Shown: positions 17,413 to 27,363 of the stretch, in pieces
Position numbering within the stretch: the first letter of the stretch is position 1
Layout: the number at the start of each line of letters is the position of its first letter
Virus record (IMG/VR): IMGVR_UViG_2706795104_000001
Span: 1 to 64,000 of that record
Length of the DNA stretch: 64,000 nucleotides
Strand: one strand, 5' to 3'
Source: an uncultured virus (IMG/VR IMGVR_UViG_2706795104_000001)
Lineage: Duplodnaviria; Heunggongvirae; Uroviricota; Caudoviricetes; Herelleviridae
The notes under the pieces: generated by a model
What the model saw: the letters and a program-made list of their open reading frames with translations, nothing else
Database searches by the model: none
What the model was told of the DNA's origin: nothing
Translations under genes and position numbers: made by a program

Positions 17413-18282
17413 TTATAGACCTACAGAGACCTTTCCTTTAATGGTTGGGTGTGGATCGTAACCTTCTAACTCGAAGTCATCTATCGTGTAGTCCTCGATA
17501 TTCTCGTGAACTGTTTTAACCGTTAACTTAGGTAGTAAGCGTGGTTCACGTTGTAGCTGCTCTTTAACCTGCTCCATATGGTTTAGATACACATGTGCGT
17601 CACCTGCCGAGTAAACAAGTTCTCCCACTTCAAGTCCCGTCATCTTTGCAATAATGTGTACCAATAGTGCATAACTAGCGATGTTAAAGGGTAATCCTAA
17701 GAAGATATCGTTACTTCTCATTGTGAACATTAGGCTTAACTTACCTTCTGCTACATATAACTGAACTGCATAATGACATGGTGGTAATGCTACCTTACCA
17801 AGTACGGATGGATTAAACGCAATCATGAGCATACGTCTTGAATCAGGGTTTGTTTTCACTTGCTCAATTAAATCTTTCAACTGGTCAATGTTATCCCCGT
17901 TCCAGTTACGCCACTGCGCTCCGTAGATATCACCTAGCTTGAACCCACATGCTTGTGCGTTCTTCAAGAAGTACTCTTTATCCATCTCACCTCCATGCTC
18001 TTTATACCAACGATAAGCGTCATCATCCCAAATGTGTACGTTATTATCTAATAGGTACTTTAAGTCCGTGCTCCCTTTAACGAACCATAATAGTTCTTGT
18101 GCCACGATACGGAACGGGACTCTTTTCGTTGTAAGTAACGGGAACCCTTCCGCTAGATTAAACCTCATCTGAGCACCGAATACAGACATTGTACCTGTTC
18201 CCGTACGATCCCCTTTCCTTACTCCCTTTGTGATAACTCTTTCTACTAGTTCTAGATACTGCTCGTCCACACTATTAATCAT
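17413..18282 (-). CDS. thyA: thymidylate synthase
   Basis: DRTGTGT, FPLLTTK, ELLWF, ALPPCH, RSND.FLGLPFN, DAHVYLNH. Confidence 0.97.
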   Translation of the reverse strand: MINSVDEQYLELVERVITKGVRKGDRTGTGTMSVFGAQMRFNLAEGFPLLTTKRVPFRIVAQELLWFVKGSTDLKYLLDNNVHIWDDDAYRWYKEHGGEMDKEYFLKNAQACGFKLGDIYGAQWRNWNGDNIDQLKDLIEQVKTNPDSRRMLMIAFNPSVLGKVALPPCHYAVQLYVAEGKLSLMFTMRSNDIFLGLPFNIASYALLVHIIAKMTGLEVGELVYSAGDAHVYLNHMEQVKEQLQREPRLLPKLTVKTVHENIEDYTIDDFELEGYDPHPTIKGKVSVGL

Positions 18283-18520
18283 TTACTTCTACGCCCTCCT
18301 GCTCTGACTGCCACTCTTTTAACCATTTTGGTACGAATGCGTCTTCCTTCACTTCTCTATGTGCGGTCGTATTAATGCACTTAAAACAGTACATGTGCTT
18401 AATATGATCCTTTTCTTTTAATCTACTTTTCTTTCTATGTATTTGAGTGGTATTGCCGCACTCTGTACACTCTAAGTATGTTGACGCTGTTTTTGTTCTG
18501 CTTCCTGAAGCCATTATCAC
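18275..18520 (-). CDS. Zn-ribbon protein resembling ribosomal protein bL33
   Basis: LECTECG...MYCFKC..TTAHREVK. Confidence 0.6.
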   Translation of the reverse strand: MIMASGSRTKTASTYLECTECGNTTQIHRKKSRLKEKDHIKHMYCFKCINTTAHREVKEDAFVPKWLKEWQSEQEGVEVND

Positions 18521-18565
18521 CCACCTCCTATAGTTTCTGTTATACCATGATTCTAGGGCTCTATC

Positions 18566-19981
18566 TTATATGTAACTTGTAGTCTCTAATTCATGACGCT
18601 TCGCAAATGTACGTAACGCTTCTTTTTCGTTCTCATCGGGCTTACGGTTCGCAAATCCCCTAGCCTGTACAATCTTTTTGTCTCGAATCTCTACTGTTAC
18701 GAGTGGAGTCTCTAGCTCATCCTTTTGACGAAGGAACACGACTACCGATCTTCCTTCTGCGATACGTGTGACATAGGACGCTACGCAGTGTTGTAATGAG
18801 TTACCTTCTGTGACTAATTCCTTCGGTTCCTTCGGTGTAACAATCTTGTAACCTTTTAAACGATCCGAAGCTAAGTCTTGGTGCTTGTCCATTTGTTCTC
18901 GGAACTGTTTGGCAGTTATAGCGTCTACTGCTGAGTTGTAGTTACGACTTACAATGTCATGTTGTGTTCGTAAATACTTCGGATACTTGTCGAACCTTTC
19001 GTACTCTAAATCCATACACATCTTGTAGTAATCTTTGTACTCCCTGAATGCGGCCATGAAGTCTAGCCCCTGACTGAAGTAACACTCGAATAACAAGTAC
19101 TCTATCATTTTAAGTACGTTAGGGTGTTGTTGCTGGGCTACATACCCCCAAAACCAGTAGTCATCGGGTGTACGATTCTCGTCATTCTTTCTAGCCATTT
19201 GCTCTACGTATGTACGAACAGATGCGTCAGCTCGGAACCTTGGTAGTCTAGAGTCGTCTAGATACTTCTCCCCTAATCCTTTGATGTAGGTCATGTATCC
19301 TCGGTACTCATCCATATCCTTCTGTGTTAAGAAAGCCATATCTTTTGCATGGTCGATGATACCTTTAGCACTGAACCCGTGCTCCTGCATGAACTTATAC
19401 TGGGACTTCGTTAGACCGAATATCTCATGTAACTTTCTAACATCCTTATTACCTGCTTCTAACACTAAGTAACGGAGTTTTTTAGAGGTTTTAGTGATGT
19501 CGATACCTGCTTTGTAGATAAGCTCTAACTTGTTGTACTCTGTGATAAGCCTGATAAGCGCTCGTGATGTCATATTGATTCTTTCTTCCCCGAACGATCC
19601 GATAGCTTTTAACATCGCTTCGTACATTCCTTTGTTTTCTTCTACAGATACAATCTTGAAGAACTTCTCTACGCTACTATAGTCGTGGAAGCTATCATGA
19701 CTCCACTCTCTCATCCGAGGTATTACTAGGTCTAGGTTCGGAATATTGAACCGTACCTCTTTACCGTTACGCTTAACGAAGTATTTCTTGTTGCGTAGGT
19801 CATACAACACCTCTGATAACGCTTCCTTACCGTTGTGCGTATGTACTGCGTAGAAGTGGAACGAGTATCCTGTCTTCTCTATCATGTAATACTTCACATG
19901 ACCGATTGTACCTGCTAGTTCCATTTCACCATCTCTCAGCTCATCTAGGATAGTTTTAAACGTTTTTTCCAAATCTATCAT
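18566..19981 (-). CDS. PcfJ-domain protein
   Basis: C-terminal EL..EG..LQHCVASY...VFLR...TVEI....VQARGFANR. Confidence 0.85.
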   Translation of the reverse strand: MIDLEKTFKTILDELRDGEMELAGTIGHVKYYMIEKTGYSFHFYAVHTHNGKEALSEVLYDLRNKKYFVKRNGKEVRFNIPNLDLVIPRMREWSHDSFHDYSSVEKFFKIVSVEENKGMYEAMLKAIGSFGEERINMTSRALIRLITEYNKLELIYKAGIDITKTSKKLRYLVLEAGNKDVRKLHEIFGLTKSQYKFMQEHGFSAKGIIDHAKDMAFLTQKDMDEYRGYMTYIKGLGEKYLDDSRLPRFRADASVRTYVEQMARKNDENRTPDDYWFWGYVAQQQHPNVLKMIEYLLFECYFSQGLDFMAAFREYKDYYKMCMDLEYERFDKYPKYLRTQHDIVSRNYNSAVDAITAKQFREQMDKHQDLASDRLKGYKIVTPKEPKELVTEGNSLQHCVASYVTRIAEGRSVVVFLRQKDELETPLVTVEIRDKKIVQARGFANRKPDENEKEALRTFAKRHELETTSYI

Positions 19982-20017
19982 CTCCTCTATTAAGTCTGTA
20001 TTGCTATGTGTAACTCT

Positions 20018-20047
20018 ACTATATCATACAAATAAAAAAACAGTCAA
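20018..20047 (-). promoter_or_regulatory. sigmaA-type early promoter overlapping a terminator hairpin
   Basis: Reverse strand TTGACT-18-TATAGT with extended TG. Confidence 0.65.
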
Positions 20048-20075
20048 CAAGAAATTGACTGTCTTTTACAAATTA

Positions 20076-20837
20076 TTATAGTCTACCTGCTAGGTATAAA
20101 CGAGCGTTCCAAGCTAATCGTAAGCCGAACTCTGATAGAGTATCTACTTCGTGAGCAGAAGCCTGTGGGTTTGCTTTTAGGTAGTAGCGAACTAGCTCGT
20201 AGTCGTCTGCATCGAAATTTGCCTTACCTAGTAAATGTTCCTCAATCATCTTTAGATTCTTTAATGTGAGGTCTCCTTTTTGTTCCTCTTGCTCTTTGAT
20301 GTACTCTAGTAATGTCGATTGGTCGTGACAGTAGTAAGCACAATTACAAGATTCACACGGAGATTCTTCGTCCTCATCTTCTTCCACTTCTGCGCTAGAT
20401 ACGTTAGTAGTCTTTTCGAATACAAACTTCGTTTCTCCTGCAACAAATGTGATAAGGTCGCTAGTTACGTGAAGTTTACCTTGGATCATTCCGCTAGTAG
20501 CAGGGATAAGGCAACCTGCGTATCCACGTTTACTCTCTAGTACTTTAATAGCATCCTCGAAACCTTGTAACCACATTTCTCGAATTGTTTCGTGAGCAAA
20601 TTCGAAAGAGTTTGTTACACGTTGGATGAACTCGTTTAACGTTTCTTTCTTTTCTTTCACTGGTGCCTCTGTAGAACCTTCTACCTGTCCTACTACACCT
20701 TGTAGCTGCTCGATAACATAGTGGAGTTCTCCTGCAACGAAGTCGTCTTCTAAAGTTGCTTTACCCGTTGCTAAATCATGTTGTACATCCTGCAATGTAG
20801 CCGATGCGTTATATAATACATCTAAAATTTCTTTCAT
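20076..20837 (-). CDS. hypothetical protein
   Basis: 253 aa, AGGAGG RBS. Confidence 0.85.
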   Translation of the reverse strand: MKEILDVLYNASATLQDVQHDLATGKATLEDDFVAGELHYVIEQLQGVVGQVEGSTEAPVKEKKETLNEFIQRVTNSFEFAHETIREMWLQGFEDAIKVLESKRGYAGCLIPATSGMIQGKLHVTSDLITFVAGETKFVFEKTTNVSSAEVEEDEDEESPCESCNCAYYCHDQSTLLEYIKEQEEQKGDLTLKNLKMIEEHLLGKANFDADDYELVRYYLKANPQASAHEVDTLSEFGLRLAWNARLYLAGRL

Positions 20838-20860
20838 ATATAATTCCTCCTAGTAATATC

Positions 20861-21580
20861 CTAATAGTTTAGTAAGCCTTTTTCTTCCAACTTAACGAAT
20901 GATTGGTTAACCTCACTTTGAGGAACCATGATTCCTTCTACTAAGTCGGCAATCTCTCCACGCTCCCCTTGCGTTAAGTGAACATGTGTAAACATATCGT
21001 GTCTACCACTCTCGTGCAGACCTTTTAGTAGCTTATAGAACCCGTTGTTCTCAGGATTCTTTAGCTTGTCCACGTCAATCTGTGCGAAGTTACCTAATAA
21101 TATTAATTTACTACCTAATGCTAGTCGAGTACCGATAGCAGTCATCGTAGCGTTATCTAAGTTCTGCGCTTCGTCAACTACTAAGTATGTATCATGGTAT
21201 GTTCCTCCACGGATCGTTTGAATGTGGTCGAGAACGATTTTACCGTTAGCTATGTAGTTCTTCATGTAATCTCCTTTATCCAACAACGTTAAGTTATCGA
21301 AGAAAGGTCGGAAATATGGATTAGATTTTTCACCTAAGTCACCAGGTAGGAAACCAACTTCTTTACCTACGTCTACTTGAAGACGAGTGTATACGAACTT
21401 TCCTGTGCTAGTGCTCCATCTCTTTTCCTCAAAAACTGTGTCAAAACCTACTGCCTGTGCAATTAGTGACTTACCTGTTCCTGCTCTACCTGTACCGATA
21501 ATGATTGGTACTCGTGATTTACAAGCTTCTGCTAATGCTTTCTGACCTACGTTTCTTGCAGTGATCCCAAAGAACGACAT
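20861..21580 (-). CDS. phoH: PhoH-family ATPase
   Basis: GRAGTGKS, GFLPGDL.EK, RGGT, VVDEAQN, GN..QID. Confidence 0.92.
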   Translation of the reverse strand: MSFFGITARNVGQKALAEACKSRVPIIIGTGRAGTGKSLIAQAVGFDTVFEEKRWSTSTGKFVYTRLQVDVGKEVGFLPGDLGEKSNPYFRPFFDNLTLLDKGDYMKNYIANGKIVLDHIQTIRGGTYHDTYLVVDEAQNLDNATMTAIGTRLALGSKLILLGNFAQIDVDKLKNPENNGFYKLLKGLHESGRHDMFTHVHLTQGERGEIADLVEGIMVPQSEVNQSFVKLEEKGLLNY

Positions 21581-21711
21581 ATGTATTCTCCTCTACTATA
21601 GGTATTTTTCACCCTTTACACTAATTATACCACATGTAACACCATCCTCACTTCTACTAGCTCCGTCAGTATTAACTCTATATGTTATATGATTCATGCT
21701 AGATTACTTAT

Positions 21712-21741
21712 AGTATAGCTTGCCTGTATTCTATCTGTCAA
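21712..21741 (-). promoter_or_regulatory. sigmaA-type promoter
   Basis: Reverse strand TTGACA-18-TATACT. Confidence 0.7.
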
Positions 21742-21755
21742 CAAAAAATTAATAG

Positions 21756-21782
21756 AAAAAGAGACTACTAAATGTAGTCTCT
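21756..21782 (-). terminator. intrinsic terminator
   Basis: AGAGACTAC-TAAAT-GTAGTCTCT plus A-tract. Confidence 0.7.
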
Positions 21783-22095
21783 AAATTTTACCTGAGATAT
21801 AGTCCATAATAGCAACGTAATCCGTATCCGTTTGGAAGCTAAATACAAACTCCACACCTTGGGTTTTAACGATGTTCACTTGTTCGGCCGCTACAGGACA
21901 ACGCCACTCAGGTTGTCGTCCGATATGTCGAGCTACGTGAATGAACTCTGCTGTTTCTCCTTCTTTCTCAAGCATGAGTTTGGAAGGAATGAAGATAGAG
22001 TGTTCCGTCTTCATTCTCCCCACTGTTTTACGATCCTTGAAAAACGCTACCGTATCTTTTAACTGAGCCGTTAGAGTCTTACGAGTCGTTTCCAT
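21781..22095 (-). CDS. hypothetical protein
   Basis: 104 aa, GAGGAG RBS. Confidence 0.75.
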   Translation of the reverse strand: METTRKTLTAQLKDTVAFFKDRKTVGRMKTEHSIFIPSKLMLEKEGETAEFIHVARHIGRQPEWRCPVAAEQVNIVKTQGVEFVFSFQTDTDYVAIMDYISGKI

Positions 22096-22859
22096 TACTC
22101 CTCATCCTTTTGTGGGAATGTATTTTTGTGCCACTCGTCATAGTTCTTCTTTTGAATGAATCCGAAGATAAACGCAATTTCAGAACCTTCTAGTCCGTTA
22201 GAGATCGGGGAAACACCTGTAGGAGACTGCCCTGTTCCATCCTCTGTAAGAATTACAACGTCCTCTCCTAATCGAAGAACGTCACCTGCTTTTGCAGACT
22301 CTGCGAATCGTTTCGATAACTCAGCGCTATCTAAACCATGCTCTACACCTTTACTGAAGATTAATTTATGTGTATACGGGTCGTCTTCGTACTTACTAAC
22401 TACTTGAAGGAAGTTATAGTCCTTTGTTTCATCATCCGACTTGGCAATGAAGAACTTGTAGTCTTGGTATGTTTTTCGTGCTAGACTTGTTAACAGGTTA
22501 ACTACTACATCGTAGTGGTTATCATTTGGTTTATTAGTTACTAAGTCTGAAAGGCTCATATGATTTTTAATTTCAGGTCTCACTAGTGGCGCATAAATAG
22601 CTGCCTTTTCTTCATTTACATATAACTCACCTTTATGATCCACTTTAACTTCTTTCATATCATCTTCTCCTCTTTCGATTGTATTTTTTACTTCTTTAAA
22701 GATATCTTCTACCAGTTCCCTAATGTTTTGTTCGGTTTCTTCTCTCTCTTGGACTCGTTCCACTGCTTTTATATACCCTATGAATAGTATCACCGTATAC
22801 AGGAGTATCCCTGTAAGTCCTACTAACGCAACTGTAATATTATAATCTGCTTCCGTCAT
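22095..22859 (-). CDS. membrane-anchored hypothetical protein
   Basis: 254 aa, N-terminal TM helix. Confidence 0.8.
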   Translation of the reverse strand: MTEADYNITVALVGLTGILLYTVILFIGYIKAVERVQEREETEQNIRELVEDIFKEVKNTIERGEDDMKEVKVDHKGELYVNEEKAAIYAPLVRPEIKNHMSLSDLVTNKPNDNHYDVVVNLLTSLARKTYQDYKFFIAKSDDETKDYNFLQVVSKYEDDPYTHKLIFSKGVEHGLDSAELSKRFAESAKAGDVLRLGEDVVILTEDGTGQSPTGVSPISNGLEGSEIAFIFGFIQKKNYDEWHKNTFPQKDEE

Positions 22860-22876
22860 TGTGCATTACCTCGCTT

Positions 22877-23056
22877 CTAACGATCCCTAATGCCCTCTAT
22901 TAAGCTCCTTACGATTAGATAAGGATACAATAGTATGATTAGGTACCAAAAATGTAGGATTAACCCACCCCAGTTAGACGTTGTTACTGCATAGATTAAC
23001 AGACCAACACCAATCAATAGATACAACACAATACCGATAAGTATGTAAGATAACAT
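22877..23056 (-). CDS. small membrane protein
   Basis: Hand-translated 59 aa, very hydrophobic, AAGGAGG RBS. Confidence 0.65.
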   Translation of the reverse strand: MLSYILIGIVLYLLIGVGLLIYAVTTSNWGGLILHFWYLIILLYPYLIVRSLIEGIRDR

Positions 23057-23232
23057 TAACTACCCTCCTTGTTAGGTGTAAAAAGAGGTTCCCCATTGTA
23101 GTCTTCTTTCTTCGTAATATCTAATAGTGCTTCTCTATCTAACTCTACGCCTAACTCTTGTGCTCTTTTAGCCAAACGCATCATCAACTCACGAGTTGCA
23201 TCAGGAGATAGCGTGTACTTCTCTCTCTTCAC
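23056..23232 (-). CDS. small hypothetical protein
   Basis: Hand-translated 58 aa (GTG start, MKREKYTLS...), AGGTGG RBS. Confidence 0.6.
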   Translation of the reverse strand: MKREKYTLSPDATRELMMRLAKRAQELGVELDREALLDITKKEDYNGEPLFTPNKEGS

Positions 23233-23291
23233 CTATATCACCACCTGTATTTATTATAACATATCCACACTAGTTACTGAGACTTATAAAC

Positions 23292-23318
23292 AAAAAAAAA
23301 GAGTAGCAATTGCTACTC
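23292..23318 (-). terminator. intrinsic terminator
   Basis: GAGTAGC-AATT-GCTACTC plus A-tract. Confidence 0.7.
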
Positions 23319-23898
23319 ACGTTACAGGTGCGCCTGTTCCATCTACCCATCCGTTATTAGTTGCATTACGGTATAAAGGTTTGTTTAATGTTGTATCGAA
23401 GAAGTACTGACCTACTACAGTCCCAGTTGTAGGACGTTGTGCAGTCGTTCCTGAAGGGAATAGGTTGATTGTTACGTTTCCTGATCCGTCAGGTTTAACA
23501 CCGTTTACAGACTTCACCATACCTGAAACGTCAGGGATAGCTAATGTTACAGTACCATTTGCGTCAGGAAGCGAGCTATTTACTTTCTTTACGAATCCTG
23601 CGACACTTGGGATTGCGATTGATACATTACCGTTTTGGTCAGGTTGTGTACTGTTAACTGACTTAACCATGCCTGAAACGTTTGGGATCGTAATTGCAAT
23701 ATTCCCGTTTGCGTCAGGTTTAGTTCCGTTCACTGATTTCGTCATACCTTTGATATCTTCTTTTGTTGCGTAATCTCCTGTGTTTCCTGCTCCTAGTTCT
23801 TTAACAGCTAAATCTAGTTCACCAATCTTACCTAGTACGTCAGGGTTGTTTTGGTATACACCATTACGAATCATTGGCATGTTATTATCCATTGTCAT
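23317..23898 (-). CDS. repeat-containing fibre-like (probably virion) protein
   Basis: Four ~25-aa repeats G(M/F)VKSVNxxxPDxxGNVxI, plus SGTTAQRP...YFFDTTL motif. Confidence 0.7.
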   Translation of the reverse strand: MTMDNNMPMIRNGVYQNNPDVLGKIGELDLAVKELGAGNTGDYATKEDIKGMTKSVNGTKPDANGNIAITIPNVSGMVKSVNSTQPDQNGNVSIAIPSVAGFVKKVNSSLPDANGTVTLAIPDVSGMVKSVNGVKPDGSGNVTINLFPSGTTAQRPTTGTVVGQYFFDTTLNKPLYRNATNNGWVDGTGAPVT

Positions 23899-23916
23899 CT
23901 TCCTTTCCTGTTATTT

Positions 23917-23949
23917 AAAAAGAAAACCGACCCTTGAGAGTCGGCTTCT
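23917..23949 (-). terminator. intrinsic terminator after the endolysin gene
   Basis: Reverse strand AGAAGCCGAC...GTCGGTTTTCTTTT. Confidence 0.7.
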
Positions 23950-23954
23950 AGATG

Positions 23955-24809
23955 TTACTTGAATGTGCCCCAAGTAGAAATACGTTGTCCGTTTTTAGTT
24001 TCACCTGAAGCGATGTAACCATAGTTACCGTTTCCACGGTTTTGACGTAACCAAACGTAACCGTCTTTTTCGTACCCGTAACCGTCATACGTAACGTTGT
24101 CCCCTGCGTTTAATTGTGCAATTAATGGTGCAGTTGGGAATGGTGCAGTACGTAAGTTGATTGTTCGATCTAGTGTGAACACTCCGTTTTGCTTCGTGAA
24201 CCAGCTAGAATCGTAGTTTCCTTGTGGAGGTTGAACTGCTTCTTCACCTTTACCTGTGAACCAGTCTAGTGACTTGTCCCCGTTTAATCGGTTAAGGTCG
24301 CACTTACCGATACCAGGTACTTGACCATACTCATCGTATTGCCATAGGTCACAAGGGTAAGCAGGTTTAGCTCCGTAACGAGGAATCCAAGTGAAGTCAC
24401 ATTTAATCTGTGCTGCTCCGAACTCTTCATATTTGTGGTGTCCGACGTATAGACCAACTTTTTTAGCTCCTAGTCGGTACAGTTCGTCAATGAACGCTTG
24501 CGTTCCTGCACGCATGTCACTCATAGTTGTTACTTCTACGTCTGCAACCCAAAATAGTGAGTCTTTATCTCCACGGTTCCAAAAGTCTCTAGCTTCTACT
24601 TTCGCATCTTCTACAGAAACGAAACGGCAGAATGCGTAGCTACCGAACGGGATGTTGCGAGCTTTCATAGCTGCTACGTAGTCCTTATATACAGGATCAA
24701 CATAGTTAGAACCGTCTTGTACACGAGCAATAACTAAATCTAGTTGACCTTTGGCAGTATCCCAATCAGGACTCCCATTCCATTTAGACATATCAACGAT
24801 GTAACCCAT
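23955..24809 (-). CDS. endolysin: GH25 muramidase plus SH3 cell-wall-binding domain (PlyB-like)
   Basis: [22 protein letters not shown]-terminal INLRTAP...YDGY...GYVW. Confidence 0.93.
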
Positions 24810-24870
24810 AATATCTCTCCTCTACTGTTTTATTTGTTACTTTCCTAATATAAGAGTACTAGAGGTAAAT

Positions 24871-26667
24871 CTAGTAACCTCTAGCGAAAATATCTGTAAC
24901 TGCTGGTGCCATACTATCTACAGTCGTATAAGCAAATGCGTTCTCTTGCTCTAACGTTATGTAAGGTTCTAGTACGTGTTCCATACCTACCATCGAATAT
25001 ACACTCGATTGTGCGTAGTGGTCATCTCCACGATCCGTGATAATCTGATAAACTTCCCCAGTCTTTTCATCTTCCTCGTCTCGAATAACTACGTTCTTCC
25101 AATGATGTAGGTATAACTCTAGGTCTTTATCCGTTTGGTTATAGAATCCTAGGCGGCCCATCTTCATATCAGCGATGTGACGTTTGTTTTGTGTAAGTTT
25201 GTCCACTGTAACTCGTGATTGACTTTCAGACCATGATGGTTGAATCTGACCAGTTGAACGAGGGTTAGGATTTACTTTTACACCGTATACTCGTCCTACT
25301 CCGAAGTGTTGAATCAATTTCTCTACGTAGTTACCACTATCCCCGATGTCGGCACAGATAATGTCGGGTTGGTACGGGATTAACTGGTTGATGATATTCT
25401 CTAGGTCGGCTTCGATGTTAGCTACCCCTCTAGCACGCTCTACAGAGAATATACGAATCATATCAATCATACCGTTATCTCGGAACCCACGGACTGTAAC
25501 CCAGTGACGGTTCCCCCAGTCGATACCTACAGAAATGAATCGGTAGTCTCCTCTGTTAAATAATGGTTCACGTAAGTATTCACGCTTGTTACCCATTACG
25601 TCATTGTCTTGGACCGCAAGCGCAACGTCTTGGTACGGGAATCCTAAAACGTAGTTATAGAAATGCTGTTTCGATTTTGCTTTAAGCTCTTTACGTTTTA
25701 GCTCATCGGCACTAACCCATACTGCATTCATCTGTGTGATTAGATATCCACGAGTACCTTGGTTGTTTTCAGTACGTGACGGATATGCGGCCACCCATGA
25801 CCCATTATACCACCTATCTAGTAATGCACCGCAGTTAGAGCAAATAAATCTGAATGTTCCGTCTTTTACAGTTTTAGCTAGTACATCTACCCCTGCTTCG
25901 TCCGTACATTCGATATTCTTCTCGTAATCTAGTTGTTGTCTCATTCCGCACTTGTCACATTTATGCATATACACTCGTTGGTCTGATTGGTTATACAGTG
26001 CGTGAATACCGTAATCAGGTACCGTAGGTGTTGACCATCTTCGTAAAATTTTAAACTGTGAAGACGACATGGATTCCATCGCTGAAATCTCCGCACTTGC
26101 AGTTACACGGTCATACTCATCCAGTGATAAGAAGTCAATATCTACACCCTCTACGGCTGCTCCTTTAGAAGATGAACGGAACAGAATGAAACTGTTACGA
26201 ATCTTTTTCTTCTCTAAGGAATCCACTTTCGGATCGGAAATTGTAGAGTAGTATCCTGCTTCTAGTAACGGGTTAATACGTGTTGATACGAAATCTTTCA
26301 TCTGACGGTTCGTAGGGAACGTATAAAGGCACTTAACACCTGCATAGGAGTGTTGGTCTGCAAAGTGAATCATCTCTCCTACGCCAATCTCTGATAGCCC
26401 TAACTGACGGGACTTGATTACTGCTTTATCAGGGTGAGTGTCGTTAATCATCTCTATCTGCCACGGACGGTGCGCCTGTGCCTTAGAAGAGTCCATCCCT
26501 CCAATGTGGAAGGTAATTGGATGGTTCTTAACCCTGTGGTGTTTCAGTAAGTAAGAAGAACAGTTTAGCATCGTAAGTACGTATGCTAGTTCTTCCTTTG
26601 TCAGGTCTGTACGACCAAATGTTTGTCTTGCAACGTTTGCAAGCATCTTTCCATCAAAATTATTCAT
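24871..26667 (-). CDS. terL: terminase large subunit
   Basis: KSRQLGLSE Walker A variant, LSLDEYD Walker B, STPT, GIDWG and DDHYA nuclease motifs. Confidence 0.93.
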   Translation of the reverse strand: MNNFDGKMLANVARQTFGRTDLTKEELAYVLTMLNCSSYLLKHHRVKNHPITFHIGGMDSSKAQAHRPWQIEMINDTHPDKAVIKSRQLGLSEIGVGEMIHFADQHSYAGVKCLYTFPTNRQMKDFVSTRINPLLEAGYYSTISDPKVDSLEKKKIRNSFILFRSSSKGAAVEGVDIDFLSLDEYDRVTASAEISAMESMSSSQFKILRRWSTPTVPDYGIHALYNQSDQRVYMHKCDKCGMRQQLDYEKNIECTDEAGVDVLAKTVKDGTFRFICSNCGALLDRWYNGSWVAAYPSRTENNQGTRGYLITQMNAVWVSADELKRKELKAKSKQHFYNYVLGFPYQDVALAVQDNDVMGNKREYLREPLFNRGDYRFISVGIDWGNRHWVTVRGFRDNGMIDMIRIFSVERARGVANIEADLENIINQLIPYQPDIICADIGDSGNYVEKLIQHFGVGRVYGVKVNPNPRSTGQIQPSWSESQSRVTVDKLTQNKRHIADMKMGRLGFYNQTDKDLELYLHHWKNVVIRDEEDEKTGEVYQIITDRGDDHYAQSSVYSMVGMEHVLEPYITLEQENAFAYTTVDSMAPAVTDIFARGY

Positions 26668-27086
26668 TAGAATGCACCCTCGTTTTCTGCGTTCTGTGCG
26701 GTATCCAGTTTTCTGATTAGTTCTGCCATGTCTTCTGCCGACATATCCATAACGTCCATACGACCTTCCTCATCGGCAGTAATCTTACCTTCCTGAATCT
26801 GATCCTTTAATACCTTATCTTGACGCATATTGATTTCAGGAAGCATACCTGTATTTCCTTGACCATCCATTACTTCTGTAATACCGTTAATCTCTTTGTA
26901 AGCTCCGATTACACGAATGAAGTCGGAGATGTTATCAATTGGAATTTCCCCTGCTTCCATACGTTGGATAAATAGTTTAAGAGATTTTGATGCCGCAGAG
27001 TTAATTAATTCACGTAACTCCTGTTCACTTGAGAAGTCTTCCTTTCTCTTCTTCACACCTTGCTTGATATTGCTTGACATCGACAT
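26667..27086 (-). CDS. probable terminase small subunit
   Basis: Translationally coupled immediately upstream of terL; helical. Confidence 0.55.
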   Translation of the reverse strand: MSMSSNIKQGVKKRKEDFSSEQELRELINSAASKSLKLFIQRMEAGEIPIDNISDFIRVIGAYKEINGITEVMDGQGNTGMLPEINMRQDKVLKDQIQEGKITADEEGRMDVMDMSAEDMAELIRKLDTAQNAENEGAF

Positions 27087-27363
27087 CCTCTTCCAACTCC
27101 CCTTTCTTTTTTAATGTTCTGTAGCATGAGGTTATGTCTGAACATGCATCCACAATAAATAGGTCATTTATGTGGTATCTCGTATGAGACTGTATAATTA
27201 TGTATTTATTCTCATTAATAATCAGAGAGGATAGAGGGCGGCCACACACCACACATAGCTTAGGACTGTAGACCCTCTTGTCACCTTTGTTGAATGAGAC
27301 TTTTTTCTTTGCTAGGCTAACGAGCTTCTTTCTTTTCTCTACTACCTCTCTCTTTGTTACCAT
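27025..27363 (-). CDS. basic Zn-finger protein
   Basis: CVVCGR...C....C. Confidence 0.7.
   Translation of the reverse strand: MVTKREVVEKRKKLVSLAKKKVSFNKGDKRVYSPKLCVVCGRPLSSLIINENKYIIIQSHTRYHINDLFIVDACSDITSCYRTLKKKGELEEDVDVKQYQARCEEEKGRLLK

Noticed and set aside
24871-26667. Intron or intein in terL (common in relatives)
   Set aside because: The ORF is continuous, of normal length, with no splicing motifs
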